DNA from: Dehalococcoidia bacterium
Lineage (GTDB): Bacteria > Chloroflexota > Dehalococcoidia > Bin125
NCBI GenBank assembly: GCA_963555985.3
Contig: OY820591.1
Coordinates: 2,304,001 to 2,368,000, forward strand
Reading direction: 5' to 3'
DNA: 64,000 bases
Shown: positions 7,770 through 16,734 of the stretch, in pieces
How the letters are laid out: each line of letters starts with the position of its first letter
Numbering within the stretch: the stretch's first letter is position 1
The notes under the pieces: generated by a model
Database searches by the model: none
Told to the model about the DNA's origin: nothing
What the model saw: only the letters and a program-made list of their open reading frames with translations
Program-made: the position numbers and the translations under genes

Positions 7770-10553
7770 GTGCCCCTCTCTCGCAACGAGCTGAGGCCGC
7801 GCGCGGCCGAATTCGCTCGGGATTGGGCCGACGCCACCTACGAGAAGGCCGAGACCCAGAGCTTCTACAACGAGTTCTTCGCCATCTTCGAGGTCAAGCG
7901 GCGCAGCGTCGCCCGCTACGAAGAGCACATAAAGCGGCTCGACAATTCAGGCGGCTTCATCGATCTGTTTTGGCCGAAAGTGCTGTTGGTCGAGCAGAAG
8001 AGCGCTGGCCGGAGTTTGGCGGCGGCGCGCGAACAGGCGCTTGGCTACTTCGACGCCCTGCCAGAGTCTGAGCGCCCGCGCTATCTGCTGCTCTGCGACT
8101 TTCAAAACTGGGAACTGCTCGACCTCGATCTCGAGGAAGAAGTCCGCTTTGCGCTGCACCAGTTGCCGGACTACATCGACCAATTCAATTTCGTGCAGGG
8201 TTTGCAAAAGCACCCCTTCCGCGATCAGGATCCGGTCAATATCGACGCATCCGAGCTAATCGGCGCAGTCTACGACGGGCTGAATGCGTCCGGCCATCGC
8301 GGTCATGCACTCCAGCGCTTTCTCGTGCGGATCGTCTTCTGCCTCTTCGCCGACAACACCGGAATCTTCGAACGCGACAGCTTCCTGCAACTGCTGGAGG
8401 AGCGCACCTCCCCGGACGGCGCCGACACCGGCATGTGGCTCGACCACCTGTTCACTGTGCTCGACACGCCTGTGGCCGAGCGGTCAACGCTGCTCGACGA
8501 AGATCTCGCAGCATTTCCCTACGTGAACGGCGACCTATTCAGAGAACGATTGGATGCGCCGGACTTCGACTCCAGTTTGAGAACGTCGCTGATCAACGCG
8601 GCGCGCTTTGATTGGTCGAGAATTTCGCCAGCGATCTTCGGCGCGTTGTTCCAGTCGGTAATGAATCCCGACGAGCGCCGCGCGATGGGGGCGCACTACA
8701 CCACGGAGCAGAACATCCTCAAGGTGATCGAGCCACTCTTTCTCGATGACCTGCGGGCCGAATTTGAGCACCTCAAGCAGAACCGCGGAACGCGGCGACG
8801 GGCGGAACTGGAGCGCTTCCAACGCCGGCTCGGTGAGCTGCGCCTGTTCGACCCGGCCTGCGGCTGCGGCAACTTCCTGATTATCGCCTACCGAGAGCTG
8901 CGCCGGCTTGAAATCGAGGTGTTGCAGGAGCTGTATCCGTTCACTGAGACGGCAGCGCTGGACGTGTCTCAGCTCTCCAACATCAATGTGCACCAGTGCT
9001 ATGGAATCGAGATTCTCGACTTTTCCGCCCGCATCGCTGAGACCGCGCTCTGGATGATGGACCACATCATGAACGTGCGCCTCTCGGAGCAGCTCGGGCA
9101 GTATTTCGCGCGTATTCCGCTGGGCGAGTCGCCGCACATTCGCTGCGCCGACGCGCTCGAGATCGACTGGAACGACGTGCTACCGGCAGAGCAGTGCAGC
9201 TATGTCTTCGGCAATCCACCGTTCGTTGGCTCCAAGCTACAAACGCGGAGGCAACGGGATCAGATCCGGCGAATCGCCGATCTCGGCGGCAGTGGTGGCT
9301 CGCTCGACTACGTCGCCGCCTGGTTCCTGCTCGCCGCTGAGTATGTGCAACGCGGCGAAGCTCAGATCGGCTTCGTCGCAACCAACTCGATCACGCAGGG
9401 TCAGCAGGTCGGTCAGCTCTGGCCACTGCTCTTCAACCGCCACGGGCTCGAGATCGTCTATGCGCACCGTGCCTTCGCCTGGGGTTCAGACGCCAAGGGA
9501 ATAGCGCGCGTGCATGTCGTCGTGATCGGTTTGACTCGGTCAACGGCAGCACGTGCGAAGCGGGCACTCTACTCATATGACGATCTCAAGGGCGAACCGT
9601 CTCAGAGCGTGCATCGAGCCATTTCGCCGTATCTGATCGACGCCGACGCGCTCCAAAATCCACACCTGACAGTCAAATCAGCGTCATCGCCGCTCAACGG
9701 CCTCACACCGCTTCGCTACGGTACACAGCCGATAGACGACGGGAACTTGATTCTGAACGCGACTGAACGTTCGAAGATACTGAGTCAGTGCCCCAACCTC
9801 GAACCCCACGTGCGGCCGTTCGTCGGCGCACAGGAATTCTTGCAAGGAGGAGAGCGGTGGCTACTGTGCTTGGAAACTGCTCCACCTGCGAGCATCCGCT
9901 CGTGTTCCGACGTTGCGAAACGAATCTCGGCGGTTCGCGAGTTTCGCTCGAAAAGCAAGCGGGCAGTCACTCGTGAACTGGCAGCCAAGCCAAGGAGCTT
10001 TGCATTTTCGACGATTCCTGCCAACCCGTTTCTGACGATTCCTGAAGTCAGTTCGGAGCGCCGAGAGTACGTTCCGATCGGTTGGTTGGAGCCGCCAACC
10101 ATTCCCAGCAACCTGGTTCGGGTCCTCGAAGCTGCAACGCTCTGGCAATTTGCGTTGTTGACCTCGGCGATGCACAACGCCTGGATGCGCACTGTGGCAG
10201 GTCGCCTCGAAAGTCGTTACCGCTACTCAATCGGGATTGTCTACAACACTTTCCCTCTGCCCGACGCCGACGACGAGCAACTGCAAACGCTCGCCCCTCA
10301 CGCCCAGGTCGTGCTGGACGCCCGCGCACAGTTCCCGGACGCCTCCCTCGCCGATCTCTACGACCCCGACCTCATGCCGCCGCCGCTGCGCAAAGCGCAC
10401 CAACAACTCGACCGCGCCGTAGACCGCCTCTACCGCCGCGCCCCCTTCCGCTCCGAGCGCGAGCGAGTCGAACACCTGCTGGGGCGTTACGAGCGGATGG
10501 TTGCGCCACTCGAAGCGACGCGGCCCAAGCGTCGCCAACGTCGCTCTCGCTAA
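7770..10553 (+). CDS. MmeI-like type IIL/IIG restriction-modification enzyme (nuclease + N6-adenine MTase + TRD)
   Basis: N-terminal FIDLFWPKVLLVEQKS (PD-(D/E)xK-like), GAHYT, motif I FDPACGCGNFL, motif IV GNPPF, and C-terminal SLADLYDPDLMPPPLRKAHQQLDRAVDRLY typical of the MmeI family. Confidence 0.92.
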   Translation: MPLSRNELRPRAAEFARDWADATYEKAETQSFYNEFFAIFEVKRRSVARYEEHIKRLDNSGGFIDLFWPKVLLVEQKSAGRSLAAAREQALGYFDALPESERPRYLLLCDFQNWELLDLDLEEEVRFALHQLPDYIDQFNFVQGLQKHPFRDQDPVNIDASELIGAVYDGLNASGHRGHALQRFLVRIVFCLFADNTGIFERDSFLQLLEERTSPDGADTGMWLDHLFTVLDTPVAERSTLLDEDLAAFPYVNGDLFRERLDAPDFDSSLRTSLINAARFDWSRISPAIFGALFQSVMNPDERRAMGAHYTTEQNILKVIEPLFLDDLRAEFEHLKQNRGTRRRAELERFQRRLGELRLFDPACGCGNFLIIAYRELRRLEIEVLQELYPFTETAALDVSQLSNINVHQCYGIEILDFSARIAETALWMMDHIMNVRLSEQLGQYFARIPLGESPHIRCADALEIDWNDVLPAEQCSYVFGNPPFVGSKLQTRRQRDQIRRIADLGGSGGSLDYVAAWFLLAAEYVQRGEAQIGFVATNSITQGQQVGQLWPLLFNRHGLEIVYAHRAFAWGSDAKGIARVHVVVIGLTRSTAARAKRALYSYDDLKGEPSQSVHRAISPYLIDADALQNPHLTVKSASSPLNGLTPLRYGTQPIDDGNLILNATERSKILSQCPNLEPHVRPFVGAQEFLQGGERWLLCLETAPPASIRSCSDVAKRISAVREFRSKSKRAVTRELAAKPRSFAFSTIPANPFLTIPEVSSERREYVPIGWLEPPTIPSNLVRVLEAATLWQFALLTSAMHNAWMRTVAGRLESRYRYSIGIVYNTFPLPDADDEQLQTLAPHAQVVLDARAQFPDASLADLYDPDLMPPPLRKAHQQLDRAVDRLYRRAPFRSERERVEHLLGRYERMVAPLEATRPKRRQRRSR

Positions 10554-10579
10554 CCGGTTCGATTGACGAGCTCACGTAG

Positions 10580-10678
10580 GCAGACGGTCCGCAGGTAGAG
10601 CACCTGGACGAGGCACGACGTCAGGGCGGCTTCAGAGCGTTCCGGCCGGAGCTGTTTGGTCCGCGAAGCGCGCGCTAG
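10580..10678 (+). repeat. Degenerate direct-repeat copy of the 3' end of the crotonase gene (7646-7768)
   Basis: Translates ADGPQVEHLDEARRQGGFRAFRPELFGPRSAR* versus ADGPQVEHLDEARRQGGFGAFLRARDEPFRPEPFGPRSER*. Confidence 0.9.
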
Positions 10679-10899
10679 CCGGCGGCGATGACAATCGCCA
10701 CAGCCAAGCCTGCGATCGCGAGCATCGCCAGGATCAGCTGAACCTGCTGACGCGCGAACATCGCTTGCAGTCGCAGTTCGAATTCTTCGCGCGTCGGGTA
10801 CTCAGACATCGCGTCGGTGAACTCGTCCGCGTCTTCCGAGCTCGCGCCAATCTTGCGCAGCACCCTCCGAATCCGCAGCATTGGCGTCATCACGGTCAT
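10675..10899 (-). CDS. Small coiled-coil protein with C-terminal TM helix (DUF1640/CCDC90-like)
   Basis: LRIRRVLRKIGASSEDADE...PTREE...hydrophobic C-terminus. Paralogue at 13085. Confidence 0.65.
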   Translation of the reverse strand: MTVMTPMLRIRRVLRKIGASSEDADEFTDAMSEYPTREEFELRLQAMFARQQVQLILAMLAIAGLAVAIVIAAG

Positions 10900-10990
10900 G
10901 ACTGGCAGCCTCCCGCCGGGACGTTCAGGTTCGGGCGTCTGCTAGCCTCAGCCTAGCCAGTGGGTGACGCGCCGTCATTGGAGAACAAAG

Positions 10991-11542
10991 ATGGTTCGGG
11001 TTGAAGGACTGTATGACCTGGAGACGGTGCGGCGCGAGTGGATCGGGCGCAAGACCGAGGTCGTGCCCGGCCGCTATCCGGTCGAATACGACAGCATCCG
11101 CCGCCACTGCCACATGGTCGAAGACACCAACCCGCTCTTCCTCGATCCCGAATACGGCAAGGCCTCGGAGTGGGGCGCCGTGATCGCGCCGCCGGTGATG
11201 ACCCGCTACTTCGCCGGCGCAGGCGTCTGGCCGCCAACCTCGTCCGACCAGATGGCGACCCTGACGCGCGCCATTCCCACACGCGGCGTGCGCATGATCA
11301 ACCTCAACACCGAGTGGGAGTACTTACTGCCCGCCAAAGTCGGCGATCACCTCGCCTCGCAGACCGAGGTGACCGACATCTACGAGAAGTCGATCCGGCT
11401 CGATCCGCGCTCCGTCTGGATCGTCACCGAGACCAGGATCACGAATCAGCACGGCGAGTTGGTCGCCGTCGGCACCAACACGCTCTGCACCCATCGAACC
11501 CCCGAACAAGTCGAAGCAGAGGAAGGCGAGCGCCCGCTATGA
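10991..11542 (+). CDS. MaoC/FAS1-like hot-dog dehydratase, N-terminal type
   Basis: SIRRHCHMVEDTNPLFLDPEY...IAPP and ITNQHGELVAVG. RBS GGAGA. Confidence 0.85.
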   Translation: MVRVEGLYDLETVRREWIGRKTEVVPGRYPVEYDSIRRHCHMVEDTNPLFLDPEYGKASEWGAVIAPPVMTRYFAGAGVWPPTSSDQMATLTRAIPTRGVRMINLNTEWEYLLPAKVGDHLASQTEVTDIYEKSIRLDPRSVWIVTETRITNQHGELVAVGTNTLCTHRTPEQVEAEEGERPL

Positions 11543-12003
11543 CGACCCGAACCGCTCCGAACAGCATCGCAACCGAACAAACCTATTGGAACGATGTCCG
11601 CGTCGGCGACCTGATTGACGGCTACGACCTGAGCTTGGACTGGACCAAGATGGTCGAGCAGGTCTCGGGCTCGCAGGACTTCTATCCCGTCCACCACGAC
11701 CCCGAATTCGCCGCCGAAGCCGGACATCCCGCCATCTTCTACAACACCGGCTTCACCCAGGCCGCGCTCTGCCGCGTGATCACCGACTGGGCCGGACCGG
11801 CCGGCTGGCTGCAAAAGTTCCGCTTCGAGATGCGGCGCATGAACATTCCCAACGACCAGGTGCACGCGCGCGGCAAGGTTGTCGGCAAAGCCAACCTGGA
11901 CGACGCTCACGGCACGGTCGAACTCGAAGTCTGGCTCGAAAACGACCGCCTCGGCGTGACCACCCCCGGCTGGGCGACCGTACGCCTGCCCAAGCGCAGC
12001 TAG
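11539..12003 (+). CDS. MaoC-like hot-dog dehydratase
   Basis: GSQDFYPVHHDPEFA motif. ATGA overlap with the upstream gene. Confidence 0.85.
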   Translation: MTTRTAPNSIATEQTYWNDVRVGDLIDGYDLSLDWTKMVEQVSGSQDFYPVHHDPEFAAEAGHPAIFYNTGFTQAALCRVITDWAGPAGWLQKFRFEMRRMNIPNDQVHARGKVVGKANLDDAHGTVELEVWLENDRLGVTTPGWATVRLPKRS

Positions 12004-12034
12004 CGGCGGCGACCCACTGACCTCGGAGACGCCC

Positions 12035-13075
12035 ATGACACGGATCGGCATCATCGGCGCCGGCGCCATCGGCGGTACTGTTGGCGGAATGCTCACCCGC
12101 GCCGGCTACGACGTGACCCTGATCGATCACTGGGTCGAGCACGTCGAAGCGATGAAGGCCAACGGCCTGCGCCTATCGGGGCCGCTGATCGGCGATATCC
12201 GCGTGCCGGTCAAGGCGCTCCATCTCTACGAGGTGCAGGCCATCTCCGAGCCGTTCGACATCGGCATCGTCGCGGTCAAGTCCTACGACACCGAGTGGGC
12301 CACCCACCTGCTCAATCCCTTGGTGCGCGAGAACGGCGCGGTCGTCGACTTCCAAAACGGCATCAACGACGAGCGAGTCGCCGCCATCGCCGGGCGCGAC
12401 CGCACCCTCGGCTGCGTGATCACGATCGGTTGCGGGATGTACGACCCCGGCCACTGCCTGCGCACCGACACCCGCACGCTGGGCTTCAAAGTCGGTGAGC
12501 TGGACGGCTCAGACTCCGACCGCGCCCGCGAGATCGCCGCCATCATCAATCACGTCGCCGGCGCCGAGTCCACCACCAACCTCTGGGGCGAACGCTGGGG
12601 CAAGCTCGCCGTCAACTGCATGGCCAACCCCATCGCCGGACTCTCCGGCTACGGCTCCGGCGAGGTCCGAGCCCGCAACGAGACCCGCTGGCTCTGCACC
12701 CGCATCGCCGCCGAGGTGGTCCAGGTAGGCCGTGCCTACGGTCACCAAATCGACGCCGTTTGGGGCATCCCTGCGCAGAAGTTCATAGACGTAGCCAACG
12801 GCGCCGATCCAGCAGAGCTGGACGCCGAGCTCATCGCCGGAGCGCAAGCGCTCGGCGCAGGCCGCCCCAGCTTCCTCCAAGACGTCATCCGCCGCCGCCG
12901 AGTAGAAATCGACGCCCTCAACGGCTGGGTAGTCGAACAAGGCCAAGCCGTAGAAGTACCCACCCCAATCAACGCCGCAGTCACAGAAGTGGTGCGGTCG
13001 TTCGCGGTCGGGGAGTTGCAATCGGATCCAGCCAACATCGGCCGAATCATGAAACGGCTTGAGGGAAGTCGGTAG
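12035..13075 (+). CDS. Ketopantoate reductase (PanE/ApbA) family protein
   Basis: IIGAGAIGG, VAVKSYDT, FQNGI, WGKLAVNC, SFLQD, EIDALNG. Confidence 0.88.
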   Translation: MTRIGIIGAGAIGGTVGGMLTRAGYDVTLIDHWVEHVEAMKANGLRLSGPLIGDIRVPVKALHLYEVQAISEPFDIGIVAVKSYDTEWATHLLNPLVRENGAVVDFQNGINDERVAAIAGRDRTLGCVITIGCGMYDPGHCLRTDTRTLGFKVGELDGSDSDRAREIAAIINHVAGAESTTNLWGERWGKLAVNCMANPIAGLSGYGSGEVRARNETRWLCTRIAAEVVQVGRAYGHQIDAVWGIPAQKFIDVANGADPAELDAELIAGAQALGAGRPSFLQDVIRRRRVEIDALNGWVVEQGQAVEVPTPINAAVTEVVRSFAVGELQSDPANIGRIMKRLEGSR

Positions 13076-13084
13076 GGTTGGCCC

Positions 13085-13321
13085 ATGGCGCTCAACCCAC
13101 TTCGCATCCGTCGCAGCGTCATCAACCTCGGAGCGACCGAAGATCAGGCTGACGAGGCAACCGAAGCGCTGATCGAAGGATTCGCCGGTCTCGTGACCAC
13201 CGAAGACCTGCACGCCGCGCTAGGAGCGCTGGAACATCGCATTGTCAATCGGCTGCTGCTCGCGATGATTGGTCTGAGCGCTGTCATCATTGGATCGGTG
13301 GCGCTGATTGTCCATTTGTAA
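13085..13321 (+). CDS. Small coiled-coil protein with C-terminal TM helix (DUF1640/CCDC90-like)
   Basis: LRIRRSVINLGATEDQADE...VTTEDL...hydrophobic tail. Paralogue of 10675-10899. Confidence 0.7.
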   Translation: MALNPLRIRRSVINLGATEDQADEATEALIEGFAGLVTTEDLHAALGALEHRIVNRLLLAMIGLSAVIIGSVALIVHL

Positions 13322-13440
13322 CCGGGGAGAGCGGTGCAACACCGGCGGGTGCAGCGGTGCCTAGAGTAGTGCGGTTAGTTCCGGGGAGGATCGGCTGAGT
13401 CGCGGATCCGATCGAACGAATTCGATTGGCCTGTCCTGCC

Positions 13441-13545
13441 GCCTTGAATCCACCTCGCACGAGTGTCGCATCATCGGCATTGGCGCGACCGAAGAGCAGG
13501 CGGACGACTTCGTCGATGCAATCAGCGGCCCGGCAACCGAGGTAA
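13441..13545 (+). pseudogene. Frameshifted, truncated remnant of a third DUF1640-like gene
   Basis: ALNPPR then, in another frame, RIIGIGATEEQADDFVDAISG, matching ALNPLRIRRSVINLGATEDQADE. It has no start codon or TM tail. Confidence 0.7.
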
Positions 13546-13585
13546 GCTCGAACCAAGCCCACACACGCTGGCGAAATCAAATGCA

Positions 13586-15445
13586 ATGAACATGTCAGAT
13601 TCGAATAGGCCCATCACTGCTCAGGAACTCATGTCATGCGGCTGGGAGGATGTGTTACGCGGTCTCAATGAACAAGGCTATATGGCCATGGAGGGCGAAT
13701 TCAGGAAGGCGGCGGCAGTCGCATTCGAGCAGGATCGGACCACCGATGGAAGTGCACTTCGCCTGCTGGCCGAGCTGTGCTCAATGATGCTCTCCGTTTC
13801 TGACTCCAAAGTCCCGTTCAGACCCGAGTGGGTATTGGAGGACCGACGATCCAGAATTCCAGACGACTTGCTTCCTGCAGAAACTGCCGCTCTTTCTGAT
13901 TTCGTCCCGACAGTGGAGAATCCATGGCTCAAGGGGCGTCTTGCTCACGTTGTGTGGATCGCGAGCAAGCCACGGGATGTTCCGTTCGCGTTGATGACGA
14001 TTGATTGCTATCGGTCGTTGCCGCTAACCGTTTCCGCGTGGCTTCACGGCAGTCACGCCGCATGGGCTCAAGCGATCATGCTCAGCAAGGGTCTGCGAGA
14101 CGCAGTTGGCAACCGCCTAGAGGAAGTCGAGCACGCTCTCGTCGAGACAGCCTTGTCCTCAGAGTTCGGGCAGGAGGTACCGATTCTGCCGATCGGCCGC
14201 CTTCTCCGGAAACACGGACTCGGCAAATCAAGAGCCGGCGACATCGCGTCTCTGTTCGCCAAATGCGCGCAGGGCATTGCTGCGGACGGCGAACACACCA
14301 ACGCTGCTGCCTACTTCGAGCAGGCGAGCGAGTGGTACGGCGTCGCCGACGACCGGAATTCGCAAATCGAGATGATCGTCGCCGAGGCGGAATCGTACGT
14401 CGCGGAGGGTGAACAGCGTCTCCAGTCAGAGGCGCCCTCAGCCTCAGTCGCCGCCTCATGGTTCAATGACGCGGTCCAGGCCTACCGCAAGGTTCCGAGT
14501 GCCGAGCGATCACGATTTGGCATCGATGAGCGGATTCATGACCTGCGCATGTTGTTGTCTGAAACGAGGCGTGAGTCCATGAGCGAGTTCAAGACTTTTG
14601 AGACTAGTACCGATGTCTCAGAAGCAGTAACGCGAATACAAGACGAATTGCGGGGCCACGATCTCCCTCAATCGCTCAAACGCTTTGCCGCTCTGGTCGC
14701 GCCGCCGTCCCACCAACAGATGATTGACGAGGCAAAGGCGATTGCCGAGCAGACCATCTTTACGAAGCTGTTCGGCGTCAGTCACATGAGTTCCGACGGC
14801 CGCGTGGTTGGGCACCGGGACCCTTCCCGTCCCGACAATGCGGAGCAGGAGGACAAGGGTCTTGAAGACGATACGTTTCGCCAGTACCAGCACACATTCG
14901 GCTTCATCGGCGCCTGTGTAGTCGAACCAGCGCGACTTGTGATTTCAGAAGAACATCAGCTAACGGAGCGCTACTTTGCAGAGCTCGCTGCGGTGTCTCC
15001 ACTCGTGCCTCTCGGTCGTGAGATCATATTCGCAAAGGGCCTCCACGCTGGGTTCGTCGGTGACTACGTTACTGCTGCCCACTTGCTGATACCTCAGTTC
15101 GAGCATTTCATTCGCTGCGCTATTGCGAACACCGGAGGTCCAACGACGAATCTCTACGACTCTGGCGTCGAGCACCACAAGACCCTCGACGCTCTTCTGG
15201 CGCTCCCTGAAGCAGAACCCACATTTGGGAAAGATCTGTTCGAGATGTTGAAAGCCATCCTCTCCGATCCGAACGGCGAAGGCTTGCGAAACCAGATCGC
15301 GCACGGCCTGCTTGACGATCACGATTTCCCGTGGGACCGCGCAGCATTTCTGTGGGGACTAGCACTGTCGCTCACAGTCAGATCACTCGTCGTAGATGGT
15401 GGAACGATTCCGGATCTTCGAGGGTCGGACGATCCTGCAATGTGA
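13586..15445 (+). CDS. DUF4209-domain protein with C-terminal HEPN-like RxxxxH motif
   Basis: AAHLLIPQFEHFIR and DPNGEGLRNQIAHGLL. Visibly lower GC and different codon usage than the flanks. Confidence 0.8.
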   Translation: MNMSDSNRPITAQELMSCGWEDVLRGLNEQGYMAMEGEFRKAAAVAFEQDRTTDGSALRLLAELCSMMLSVSDSKVPFRPEWVLEDRRSRIPDDLLPAETAALSDFVPTVENPWLKGRLAHVVWIASKPRDVPFALMTIDCYRSLPLTVSAWLHGSHAAWAQAIMLSKGLRDAVGNRLEEVEHALVETALSSEFGQEVPILPIGRLLRKHGLGKSRAGDIASLFAKCAQGIAADGEHTNAAAYFEQASEWYGVADDRNSQIEMIVAEAESYVAEGEQRLQSEAPSASVAASWFNDAVQAYRKVPSAERSRFGIDERIHDLRMLLSETRRESMSEFKTFETSTDVSEAVTRIQDELRGHDLPQSLKRFAALVAPPSHQQMIDEAKAIAEQTIFTKLFGVSHMSSDGRVVGHRDPSRPDNAEQEDKGLEDDTFRQYQHTFGFIGACVVEPARLVISEEHQLTERYFAELAAVSPLVPLGREIIFAKGLHAGFVGDYVTAAHLLIPQFEHFIRCAIANTGGPTTNLYDSGVEHHKTLDALLALPEAEPTFGKDLFEMLKAILSDPNGEGLRNQIAHGLLDDHDFPWDRAAFLWGLALSLTVRSLVVDGGTIPDLRGSDDPAM

Positions 15446-15463
15446 TCGACCACCAAGAGGAGC

Positions 15464-16660
15464 TTACGCCCCATTCCCAGGACCACCAAACTCCGGCAAC
15501 ACCTTCTCCGAGAAATCCTCAATCGTCCGCAAAATCTGACCCCGCGACAACAGCCCGTTGTACTGCCACATGAAAATCCAACTCACCGGCGTCACATCCA
15601 GCATGTTCTGCACCTGACGCTTGACCGAATCCAGCGTCCCCGCAAACAGCAAACCGTTCTCCAACTGCTCCTCCAGCGTCAAGAGCTCGCCGCCCGGAGG
15701 ACGCAGCGCCTCCGCGAAGCCGAAGGGAGCGAACCAAGCGCCGCCCGCAAACGCCGCCGAGTGACGCCAGAGCTCGATCGCCTCCTCGTCGGTGTCCGTG
15801 ATGATCACGTCGCGCAGCACGCCCAGACCCTCGCCCGGCTTCAGCTCCCGCCCCACTGAGGCCGCCTCTTCCTGGTAGACCTCGTAGAGCCGGTTCTGCA
15901 GCTCCGGGTACATCGGCGGCAAGATCGCCGTGATCCCCTCGCGGGCGCACCAGCGGATCGTCCGCTCCGACGAGGCGAACGGCTGGAACAGCGGCGGGTG
16001 CGGCTTTTGCAGCGGCTTGGGCACGACCCCGATCTGGCGCACGATGTTGTTCTCATCCACACCCTTGCCGTACATCCGCGTCGCCTCGATGTCCCAGGGC
16101 GTGCCCTCGGGCGGAATCTGCCAGGCGTGACCCTTGTACTCGACCATCTCCTCGGTCCAGCACTTGCGGATGATGTTGAAATGCTCCTCAAAGGCGGCGC
16201 GGTTGGCCGCGTCAATCGCATCGTGGTTACCTGGATGCGCCGCGTGAACGCCGTGGATCTGCTGCGCGAGCGTGTCGACCCAGCGCCGCTGATACCCCCG
16301 CGCAAAGCCCGCGAGCGCCCGACCGCCGGTCATGTGGTCGAGCATCGCAATGTCCTCGGCTACCCGAATCGGGTTCTGCGCGGGCAAGACCAGCCCAAGC
16401 TGTCCGACGCGGATGCGCTCCGTCTGCATCGCCAGGTAAAGGTCGAGCATGATCGGATTCGGCGAGACCTCGAACCCCTCAATGTGGAAGTGATGCTCGG
16501 TGAACCCGATCGAGTCGTAGCCGAGCGCGTCGCCGGCTTTGGCGAACTCCGACAAGTCCGCCAGCATCTCCTGATACAGCTCGGGACGGTTGCCGGCCAT
16601 GCCCGCTTCGATGTCTTCACGGGTACCGACGGAGGGGAGGAAGAAGAGACTGACCTGCAT
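15464..16660 (-). CDS. LLM-class flavin-dependent oxidoreductase
   Basis: FTEHHFH, NPIRVAEDIAMLDHMTGGR, GFARGYQ, PKPLQKPHPP. Confidence 0.92.
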   Translation of the reverse strand: MQVSLFFLPSVGTREDIEAGMAGNRPELYQEMLADLSEFAKAGDALGYDSIGFTEHHFHIEGFEVSPNPIMLDLYLAMQTERIRVGQLGLVLPAQNPIRVAEDIAMLDHMTGGRALAGFARGYQRRWVDTLAQQIHGVHAAHPGNHDAIDAANRAAFEEHFNIIRKCWTEEMVEYKGHAWQIPPEGTPWDIEATRMYGKGVDENNIVRQIGVVPKPLQKPHPPLFQPFASSERTIRWCAREGITAILPPMYPELQNRLYEVYQEEAASVGRELKPGEGLGVLRDVIITDTDEEAIELWRHSAAFAGGAWFAPFGFAEALRPPGGELLTLEEQLENGLLFAGTLDSVKRQVQNMLDVTPVSWIFMWQYNGLLSRGQILRTIEDFSEKVLPEFGGPGNGA

Positions 16661-16677
16661 GGGAGATCCTATATCTG

Positions 16678-16734
16678 CCCCTCTCCCTCTGGGAGAGAGC
16701 CTGCCCCCGCGAAGGCGGGGGGATGGGGTGAGGG
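16678..16734. repeat. REP-like palindrome (CCCTCTCCC..GGGAGAG..GGGGTGAGGG) with nested AGCCTGCCCCCG..CGGGG mini-hairpin
   Basis: Intergenic inverted repeats read directly. Confidence 0.7.
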
